From: Actinomycetota bacterium
GTDB taxonomy: Bacteria > Actinomycetota > CADDZG01 > WHSQ01
Assembly (NCBI GenBank): GCA_034667565.1
Contig: JAXDJQ010000084.1
Location: 1 to 24,561, forward strand
Direction: 5' to 3'
Length of the DNA stretch: 24,561 nucleotides
In this document: positions 1-6,061 of the stretch, in pieces
Position numbering within the stretch: the first letter of the stretch is position 1
Layout of the letters: each line of letters starts with the position of its first letter
Position numbers and translations under genes: made by a program
The notes under the pieces: generated by a model
Database searches by the model: none
What the model saw: the letters and a program-made list of their open reading frames with translations, nothing else
Told to the model about the DNA's origin: nothing

Positions 1-805
1 CCTTGGAACCATCGTCCGTCATGAAGGTTGCATCGACGCCGGCTTCCTTCAGCTGCTTCGCAAGCGGACCAGCCTGCGGCGTGTAACCGCCGTAGAAGAT
101 GAAGTCCGGTGCGTAGTCAGCAACGTCGGCAACGACGGCCGAGTAGTCGGTCTCTTCCGGGTTGATGATGAAGCCGCCCTGGCCGATGTCGCCAAGACCC
201 TTCAGCACCGCGTCGGCGAGACCCTTGGAGTAGTCCTGGTTGTCGTGGATAACGGCAACTTTGGATACTCCAAGCGACTTGATGTACTCCGCAGCAACTT
301 CACCCTGGATGTTGTCCGGGGCGACGGCACGGAACCACGTCGTGAAGCCCTGCTCGTCGATCGTCTCGTTCGTACCGGTACCGGAGATCAGGACGCCGCC
401 CTGACCGAAGATCTTTCCGGTCGCCAAGGTCTCCCCCGAGAAGTAAGGGCCGATGACCGCAACGAGCTCTTCGTTGTCCACCAGGTTGCGAGCCAGCGGC
501 GGTGCCTGGTTCGGGTCACCCTGGCTGTCCTCACTGGTGAACTCGAGAGTGCACTGCGTGCGCTCGGCTTCGTTCGCCTGGTTGATCGCGTACTCGACAC
601 CATCAGCGATCGGCTGACCAACGGACGCGTAGTCACCAGATAGTGCACCCATCGTGCCGATGACCCAGGTGCAGGAAGAACGGTCGGCAGTTCCCCCGCC
701 GCCGCCACCACCGTCACCACTGGTGTCGTCATTTCCACAAGCGGCACCCAGCAACGCGAACGCCCCCAGGATGGCCACCAGGCCAAACAGTTTGCTTCTC
801 TTCAT
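1..805 (-). CDS. Branched-chain amino acid ABC transporter substrate-binding lipoprotein (LivJ/LivK family), 3' end runs off the window
   Basis: Not in the ORF track because it is truncated. My translation from ATG 805 is MKRSKLFGLVAILGAFALLGAAC(23)GNDDTSGDGGGGGG...IGTMGALSGDYASVG...EDSQGDPNQA...VIGPYFSGETLA...WFRAVAPDNIQG...VAVIHDNQDYSKGLAD...TDYSAVV...FYGGYTPQAG. It has a lipobox, typical Liv-family periplasmic binding protein motifs and a purine-rich SD (GAGAAGGGGGAG) upstream. Confidence 0.9.
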   Translation of the reverse strand, partial: MKRSKLFGLVAILGAFALLGAACGNDDTSGDGGGGGGGTADRSSCTWVIGTMGALSGDYASVGQPIADGVEYAINQANEAERTQCTLEFTSEDSQGDPNQAPPLARNLVDNEELVAVIGPYFSGETLATGKIFGQGGVLISGTGTNETIDEQGFTTWFRAVAPDNIQGEVAAEYIKSLGVSKVAVIHDNQDYSKGLADAVLKGLGDIGQGGFIINPEETDYSAVVADVADYAPDFIFYGGYTPQAGPLAKQLKEAGVDATFMTDDGSK

Positions 806-908
806 CCACTCCCCCTTCTCGGACTTCCCTTACATGAACCGCGGCCAACGGCCTCCAAGGCCGCTGGAACCTACGCATATTACGCAAGTACTTACGACAT
901 GTGTAGTA

Positions 909-1487
909 CTAGGTAAGAATTTCCTCTGCGACCTCCCGCATGCTGCGGCGGTCGTCCATCGCTTTCTTCTGGATATGGCGGAAGGCGTCCGCCTCGCTCA
1001 GGCCCTCAGTATCCATCAACCGGCCCTTGGCCCGGTCGATCACCTTGCGGGCCTCGAGTTGCTCTGCTTTGTCGCTGGCCTCCTGCCTGACGGCCGTCAG
1101 CTCAGAGTACCGGGCTATCGCCACATCGATGGCAGGCATCAAGTCGGACTTCTGGAACGGCTTCACGAGGTAGCCCATCGCCCCCGCCTTGGCTGCCCTC
1201 TGAACCAGGTCCTTCTGCGAGAAGGCGGTGAGGATCAGGACCGCGCTGAGGCCCTCCTCGATGATCTTCTCGGCGGCCGTGAGCCCGTCCATCCCAGGCA
1301 TCTTGATGTCCATGATGACGAGGTTCGGACCGTGCTCCCGGGCCAGTCTGACGGCGGCCTCGCCATCGGAGGCCTCCCCGACGACGTCTATGCCCTCCTC
1401 TTCGAGCATCTCCTTGAGATCGAGGCGGATGATGGCCTCGTCCTCAGCGATGAGGATCCGAGGCCGCTCGGTGTCAGCTGGGGACAA
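909..1487 (-). CDS. pdtaR: ANTAR-domain response regulator (PdtaR/Rv1626-like)
   Basis: Receiver motifs ILIAEDE, IMDIKMPGMDG, ILTA and YLVKPF, followed by the ANTAR helix IDRAKGRLM...SEADAFRHIQKKAMDDRRSM. TTG start. It sits next to tRNA-Leu, as the M. tuberculosis orthologue does. Confidence 0.9.
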   Translation of the reverse strand: MSPADTERPRILIAEDEAIIRLDLKEMLEEEGIDVVGEASDGEAAVRLAREHGPNLVIMDIKMPGMDGLTAAEKIIEEGLSAVLILTAFSQKDLVQRAAKAGAMGYLVKPFQKSDLMPAIDVAIARYSELTAVRQEASDKAEQLEARKVIDRAKGRLMDTEGLSEADAFRHIQKKAMDDRRSMREVAEEILT

Positions 1488-1496
1488 GATGTCGTT

Positions 1497-1787
1497 CTAG
1501 ACCTTCGACCCGGAGCCAAGCATCCGGTCGAGCAAGCGATCCTGTTCCTTCTGCAGCTCGGCGACGTCACGCTGGGCCTCTTCGCGCTGGCGCACGAGCC
1601 GGTCGTGGTCGTCGCGCGCGGTGCGGAACTCGCGGTCGGCCAAAGGGGTCTCGGCCACAAGAGCTCGGGTCTTCGCGTCTTCCATCACATCCATCTGGAA
1701 GAGCAGTTGCTCCTCGACGATCCGCAGATCGTTCTTCGCCTTGTTCAGCCTGTCGCCGATCTCGGCAAGGCTCTTCTCGATGTTCAT
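1497..1787 (-). CDS. Hypothetical coiled-coil protein (96 aa)
   Basis: All-helical heptad-like sequence with a central ETP turn. TATACT lies 10 nt upstream of the ATG, and the gap to pdtaR is 9 bp. Confidence 0.8.
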   Translation of the reverse strand: MNIEKSLAEIGDRLNKAKNDLRIVEEQLLFQMDVMEDAKTRALVAETPLADREFRTARDDHDRLVRQREEAQRDVAELQKEQDRLLDRMLGSGSKV

Positions 1788-1797
1788 GGGGCCGAGA

Positions 1798-1803
1798 AGT
1801 ATA
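1798..1803 (-). promoter_or_regulatory. Putative -10 element (TATACT) for the coiled-coil/pdtaR unit
   Basis: Near-consensus TAnnnT 10 nt upstream of ATG 1787, with no SD. Confidence 0.5.
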
Positions 1804-1845
1804 GGTCTGCCAACGTTCCGGGGGAAGTGAGGACCGTCGGGTCGT

Positions 1846-1851
1846 TATCCT
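1846..1851 (+). promoter_or_regulatory. Putative -10 element (TATCCT) for tRNA-Leu
   Basis: TAnnnT hexamer 10 nt before the mature tRNA 5' end. Confidence 0.45.
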
Positions 1852-1861
1852 TCTGCACCCG

Positions 1862-1944
1862 GCCGGGGTGATGGAATGGCAGACATGATGGATTCAAAAT
1901 CCATTGTCCGAAAGGGCGTGCGGGTTCAAGTCCCGCCCCCGGCA
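1862..1944 (+). tRNA. tRNA-Leu (anticodon CAA), class II; CCA not fully encoded (followed by CCG)
   Basis: Acceptor stem GCCGGGG/CCCCGGC plus discriminator A; D stem ATG/CAT; anticodon arm ATGGA-TTCAAAA-TCCAT; long variable arm TGTCC-GAAA-GGGCG; T arm GCGGG-TTCAAGT-CCCGC. Confidence 0.97.
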
Positions 1945-2002
1945 CCGAATTGACATCAGCTTGCGCTGAGCGCAAGTCCAGGACAGTTCGAAGGAAGAAA
2001 GA

Positions 2003-2034
2003 GAAAGACCCGGAGCACTAGCTCCGGGTCTTTC
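2003..2034. terminator. Intrinsic terminator, probably bidirectional and stronger on the minus strand
   Basis: Perfect 14-bp inverted repeat GAAAGACCCGGAGC-acta-GCTCCGGGTCTTTC. On the minus strand it runs into a long U/C tract (UCUUUCUCUUUCUUCCUU). It lies between the convergent tRNA-Leu and trpA/sORF. Confidence 0.85.
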
Positions 2035-2062
2035 GGATCTTGGTCGTGTTCGCAGTGCGGGG

Positions 2063-2107
2063 CTAGGGTCTCGGCCTCCGGCCCTTCTGGATCCTGATCT
2101 GTCGCAT
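2063..2107 (-). CDS. Putative small peptide MRQIRIQKGRRPRP (14 aa); in-frame upstream starts at 2176 (ATG) and 2146 (GTG) are possible
   Basis: GGGGGAGG SD with 5-nt spacing to the ATG; TAG stop 28 nt before the terminator. It is below the ORF-track size cutoff, and I have no homology evidence. Confidence 0.4.
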   Translation of the reverse strand: MRQIRIQKGRRPRP

Positions 2108-2283
2108 CTTGGCCTCCCCCGTTTGGGCCTTCTGAGACCCATTCACTGTTTCATCTATCGGCGAGTTTCCCCGCATTTCTGAGCCCAAACACATAGTCAT
2201 CTGTCGTCAATTCCCGCGTAGCTACGGAACGGGACATAACTAGTCATTACGCATCAACCCAGCGCGAGTAACAGGCCTTCGAT

Positions 2284-3060
2284 CTATAAGACGTCGAGTG
2301 CGGCCCGAAGGTTGCCGAGGAATTCGGCGGCCGCCGCTGCCCCTTGCTCCAGAACCAGCTGAACAACGGCGCTCCCCACAACGACACCGTCGGCAACGCT
2401 CGCGGCTTCTGTCGCCTGCTCCGCGTTGGAAACACCGATCCCGATGTAGACGGGAAGGTCCGTCGCGGCGCGGCACGCTGCCACCACCTTGGCTGCCCGA
2501 TCGGACAATGCCTGTCGCGTTCCCGTCACGCCGAGAGTCGAGACCGCGTAGATGAACCCCGTTGACGTAGCGACGATCGCCTGAACGCGTTCGGCAGATG
2601 ACGTTGGCGCTACGAGAGGGATCCACGCAAGCCCACGATCCGCGGCGATAGCGCGCAGCGATGCCGACTCTTCTAGCGGAAGGTCAGGAACGATGAGTCC
2701 CGAGAAACCAGCTTCCGCAACACGCGCGCAGAACCTTTCTTCTCCGAGATGGTGGATCGGGTTGTAGTAGGTCATCACCACGCGTGGCTTGGCCGCTTTG
2801 ACATCAGCTGCGATGTCGATGACGTCGAGTGGGCCCACTCCGGCAGCGATGACACGCTCCCCCGCTGCCGCGATGACGGGACCATCCATCAAGGGATCGC
2901 TGAACGGGAGCCCCAGCTCGACGATGTCGGCATGTTGCTCGATAGCGCGCAGCGCATCGGGGAACGAGACTCTGTCCGGGATCCCACCCATCAGGTACGG
3001 CGCTAGAACCTTGCGTCCGGCATCCTTCTCGGACCGCAGCTTGTCGAGTAGCTCCGTCAC
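2284..3060 (-). CDS. trpA: Tryptophan synthase alpha subunit
   Basis: [17 protein letters not shown] (catalytic Glu/Asp), PDLP, STLGVTG, GIGVS and DGVVVGSA; GTGA overlap with trpB. Confidence 0.97.
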   Translation of the reverse strand: MTELLDKLRSEKDAGRKVLAPYLMGGIPDRVSFPDALRAIEQHADIVELGLPFSDPLMDGPVIAAAGERVIAAGVGPLDVIDIAADVKAAKPRVVMTYYNPIHHLGEERFCARVAEAGFSGLIVPDLPLEESASLRAIAADRGLAWIPLVAPTSSAERVQAIVATSTGFIYAVSTLGVTGTRQALSDRAAKVVAACRAATDLPVYIGIGVSNAEQATEAASVADGVVVGSAVVQLVLEQGAAAAAEFLGNLRAALDVL

Positions 3061-4226
3061 GCGTCCATGACCTCGGCGACCGTAGCCACATCCTTGTCGC
3101 CGCGTCCGGACAGTCCAACGAGGACCGTCCCTGCGCCGGCCATCTCCATCACGTGTGCGATCGCATGCGAGGACTCGAGGGCCGGGATGATGCCCTCCGT
3201 CTCCGCCAGAACGTGGAATGCATCCAGGGCTTGCTTGTCGTCGATCGCGACATATTCAGCCCGCTTGCTCGCAGCGAGCCACGCGTGCTCCGGACCGACA
3301 CCGGGGTAATCGAGGCCGGCCGAGATCGAATGAGCTTCGGCGATCAGGCCTTCGTCGTCTTGCAACACCATGCTGCGGGCTCCGTGGAGTACGCCCGGGG
3401 TGCCTTTCGTGATCGAAGCCCCGTGGCGTTTGTCGAGACCCTCCCCGGCGGCCTCCACGCCGATCAACTTGACGCCCGAATCTCGGTAGAAGGCACGGAA
3501 CAGGCCCAGCGAATTCGACCCTCCCCCGACACAGGCAACGACAACGTCCGGCAACCCACCTGTGGCTTCGAGGAACTGGGCGCGCGCTTCGTCTCCGATT
3601 ACCGATTGAAGCGAGGCAACCAGCTCCGGATACGGATGAGGGCCGACGACCGACCCGATCACGTAATGGGTGTCCTCGACGTTCGTGACCCAGTCGCGGA
3701 GTGCCTCATTGATCGCGTCCTTCAAGGTCGCGGACCCGGCCTCGACAGGGACGACCTCTGCCCCCAACATCCTCATCCGCACGACGTTCAGATGCTGTCG
3801 TCGTACATCGGTCGCGCCCATGTACACGATGCAAGGCAGACCGAAGTACGCACAGGCCGTTGCAGTAGCTACACCATGCTGGCCCGCTCCGGTCTCGGCG
3901 ATGATGCGCGTTTTCCCCATCTGTTTCGCGAGCAGCACCTGCCCCACGGTGTTGTTGATCTTGTGTGAACCCGTATGAGCGAGGTCTTCTCGTTTGAGGA
4001 AGACCTTCTTCCCTACGCGTTCCGAGAACCTCGTTGCTGCATATAGCGGGGTTGGCCGACCGACGACCTCTTTGAGAAGCGTTCGCAACTCGGTCTGGAA
4101 ACCCGCGTCTTCGCGCGCCGTTTCCCACGCTCTCTCGAGCTCATCCAGGGCCCCCATCAACGCCTCGGGGACGTAACGGCCGCCGAACTCGCCGAATCGC
4201 CCTCTCTCGTCGGGCACGGAGCTCAT
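3057..4226 (-). CDS. trpB: Tryptophan synthase beta subunit (TrpB1)
   Basis: [15 protein letters not shown] (PLP lysine), [26 protein letters not shown] and LSGRGDKD; ATGA overlap with trpC. Confidence 0.98.
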   Translation of the reverse strand: MSSVPDERGRFGEFGGRYVPEALMGALDELERAWETAREDAGFQTELRTLLKEVVGRPTPLYAATRFSERVGKKVFLKREDLAHTGSHKINNTVGQVLLAKQMGKTRIIAETGAGQHGVATATACAYFGLPCIVYMGATDVRRQHLNVVRMRMLGAEVVPVEAGSATLKDAINEALRDWVTNVEDTHYVIGSVVGPHPYPELVASLQSVIGDEARAQFLEATGGLPDVVVACVGGGSNSLGLFRAFYRDSGVKLIGVEAAGEGLDKRHGASITKGTPGVLHGARSMVLQDDEGLIAEAHSISAGLDYPGVGPEHAWLAASKRAEYVAIDDKQALDAFHVLAETEGIIPALESSHAIAHVMEMAGAGTVLVGLSGRGDKDVATVAEVMDA

Positions 4227-4996
4227 CGTTCGCCCCGCAGCGCGCGCAGCTTCGCGCTCGGATCGGAGGCCCTCACCAGCGCCTCACCCACCAGGACGGC
4301 GTGGGCTCCTGCAGCAGCCAGCTCCTCAACGTCTGCACGTGTCTCGACACCGGACAGACCGACTATCACGACACCCTCGGGGATCTGGGGAGCAAGCTTG
4401 GCGGTGCGCTCGGGGTCGACCTCGAACGTCTCTAGATCTCTGTGATTGATCCCGATCAGATCGGCCCCCACCTCGAGGGCCCTCTCGAGGTCGGGCTCGT
4501 CGAAGACCTCAACCAACGCGTCCATCCCGAGGGCCCGCGCCGCGGCCACAAGGCTTCCCAGCTCATTGCCCACCGTGCGGACGATGAGCAGAACCGCATC
4601 GGCCCCCTCCGCCCGCGACTCGAGGATCTGGAACGGGTCCAGCAAGAAATCCTTACGCAGGACGGGGAGATTCGCCGTGAGGGCAGCATGGAGATCGTCC
4701 AGCGAACCTTTGAAGCCAGATGGTTCGGTCAGCACCGAGATGGCGGCCGCGCCCCCCGCCGCGTAGGCCCGTGCGAGTTTGGCCGCATCTAGATCCTCGG
4801 CCAGTGGACCTTTGGAGGGAGATGCTCGTTTGATCTCTGCGATGACGCTGATGTCGGGGCCCGAAAGAGCATCACGCAGGCTTCGTGCCGGAGCGACCGA
4901 CGAGATGCGTTGCTCCAGAGCAGCTTCGGTGAGCTTCGAGCGCGACTCGGCCAGACGCGAGCGACTGGAGCTCAACAGATCATCTAGGTAGGTCAC
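4223..4996 (-). CDS. trpC: Indole-3-glycerol phosphate synthase (monofunctional, no TrpF fusion)
   Basis: [35 protein letters not shown] and GINHRDL. Confidence 0.96.
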   Translation of the reverse strand: MTYLDDLLSSSRSRLAESRSKLTEAALEQRISSVAPARSLRDALSGPDISVIAEIKRASPSKGPLAEDLDAAKLARAYAAGGAAAISVLTEPSGFKGSLDDLHAALTANLPVLRKDFLLDPFQILESRAEGADAVLLIVRTVGNELGSLVAAARALGMDALVEVFDEPDLERALEVGADLIGINHRDLETFEVDPERTAKLAPQIPEGVVIVGLSGVETRADVEELAAAGAHAVLVGEALVRASDPSAKLRALRGER

Positions 4997-5002
4997 CGAA
5001 AG

Positions 5003-5008
5003 ACCCTA
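5003..5008 (-). promoter_or_regulatory. Putative -10 (TAGGGT) for a leaderless trpCBA transcript
   Basis: TAnnnT exactly 6 nt before the trpC GTG. The hexamer includes the upstream gene's TAG stop, and there is no SD. Confidence 0.55.
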
Positions 5009-5776
5009 ACTTTGGTGGTCGATGAGGAATTCGAACAGGCCTCTGCCCAACTCCTCGATGTCTCCATCCACGTACGTCAGCTCGAAACCGGCTCCCGTGA
5101 TCGCGTTGTCGGCGGTTGACCATTCGGTGCAATCCCCATCGGTAAGCGTGGAGGAGTAGGGAGAGATGTCATTCGGCCCCGCACAGGAACCTTGCACGAG
5201 CATCTGGGACTCGAAGGTCGGCTCGCGAAATCGGAACAGGATCACCGACGGCTCGATCTCCTCATCGAGCAAGAACTGGGCTAGGCGACGGGTTCCTCGA
5301 TTGTCGTCTGTCTCCGCCCCCAAGGCGGCGAACGCCACCGAATGGTCGGGATCCGCCACGGTCAATGACCGTGCCAGCTCGAGGAACAGCCCGATCTCTC
5401 GACCCGACTGGAAATGACCTCCCACTAGCGGTGTGTCGTACGGGACAGCAATAAGGAACTCCGGATCGGATCCGTTCGGCGGCATCGCGACGACGTTCGT
5501 CGAGTTGAGGGTGTTTTCGACCGGCACACGATCGAGCCGCGGCGAGTAGCCCGCTAGTTGGAGGTGTCCCAGGATGTAGCTCGCTGCGGCGGTTTCGTGC
5601 TGTGATCCTGGGGGCCGATCGGGAACGTCGACGTTGAACTGTTCCGCATGTTGCCTAACTACCTCGTACTGGATAACCGGCGGACCTTCCGGTGTCGGAG
5701 GAACCCCCGTGGCGTCCGAACCCAAGCACGCGGGCAAGGAGACGAGCGCGATCGCGACGGCTAAGGCTCTCCACAT
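5006..5776 (-). CDS. Lipoprotein with M28 (Zn-exopeptidase)-like fold, metal ligands apparently lost
   Basis: Signal peptide with lipobox LPAC(17). M28-like segments RPPGS..E..AASYI...L...GY, NVVA, IAVPYD, LFLELAR and LGAE. ATG 5776 is preferred over GTG 5782. Confidence 0.7.
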   Translation of the reverse strand: MWRALAVAIALVSLPACLGSDATGVPPTPEGPPVIQYEVVRQHAEQFNVDVPDRPPGSQHETAAASYILGHLQLAGYSPRLDRVPVENTLNSTNVVAMPPNGSDPEFLIAVPYDTPLVGGHFQSGREIGLFLELARSLTVADPDHSVAFAALGAETDDNRGTRRLAQFLLDEEIEPSVILFRFREPTFESQMLVQGSCAGPNDISPYSSTLTDGDCTEWSTADNAITGAGFELTYVDGDIEELGRGLFEFLIDHQS

Positions 5777-5783
5777 AGGCACT

Positions 5784-5790
5784 TAGTATC
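5784..5790. promoter_or_regulatory. Overlapping divergent -10 elements (TAGTAT on +, GATACT on -)
   Basis: In the 21-bp gap, each hexamer lies 8 nt from the ATG of its own strand (5798 on +, 5776 on -). Confidence 0.45.
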
Positions 5791-5797
5791 GGCGGTC

Positions 5798-6061
5798 ATG
5801 ACCGACGACAGACCGATCGCATGGCTTGCCCTGGAATCGGGCACGCCAATCGTCTCCTCCGATGGTGAGCAGATCGGCAAGGTGAGCGATGTTGTCGCCG
5901 ATCGGGAGAAAGACATCTTCTCGGGGATCACGTTCAAGCCCGGCTTGCTCGACACGCCGGTCTTCGTTCCCGCCGACAACATCGGCGACCTCACCGACAA
6001 CGAAGTGACATTGACGATCTCTGCTGCCGATGCTGAAGGTCTGGAGCCTTACTCGGGTTAG
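5798..6061 (+). CDS. PRC-barrel-like small acidic protein (87 aa)
   Basis: The pattern GTPIVSSDGEQIGKVSDVVAD...IFSGI...FVPADNI resembles PRC-barrel domains. Its stop overlaps the trpE stop. Confidence 0.75.
   Translation: MTDDRPIAWLALESGTPIVSSDGEQIGKVSDVVADREKDIFSGITFKPGLLDTPVFVPADNIGDLTDNEVTLTISAADAEGLEPYSG

Noticed and set aside
654-1871. 405-aa + strand ORF
   Set aside because: It is the antisense shadow of pdtaR, the coiled-coil gene and the Liv gene start. It has no recognisable motifs, and long antisense ORFs are expected in high-GC coding DNA.
1862-1944. bldA-type developmental tRNA-Leu
   Set aside because: The anticodon is CAA, not UAA.
1894-2142. 82-aa minus-strand ORF
   Set aside because: It runs through the terminator and antisense across tRNA-Leu, and its composition is low-complexity and non-coding-like.
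2110-2190. Possible TPP, Moco, glycine or fluoride riboswitch (fragments CTGAGA, GCCTCCC, GGCGA)
   Set aside because: Only 5-7-nt fragments match, in the wrong order or on the wrong strand, and no full consensus is present.
2236-2247. AACTAGT resembling an E. coli TrpR half-site next to trpA
   Set aside because: It is downstream of the trp genes and only a half-site, and TrpR is not expected in this lineage.
1945-2283. Prophage or genomic island integrated at tRNA-Leu
   Set aside because: There is no integrase, no duplicated tRNA 3' end and no foreign gene block.
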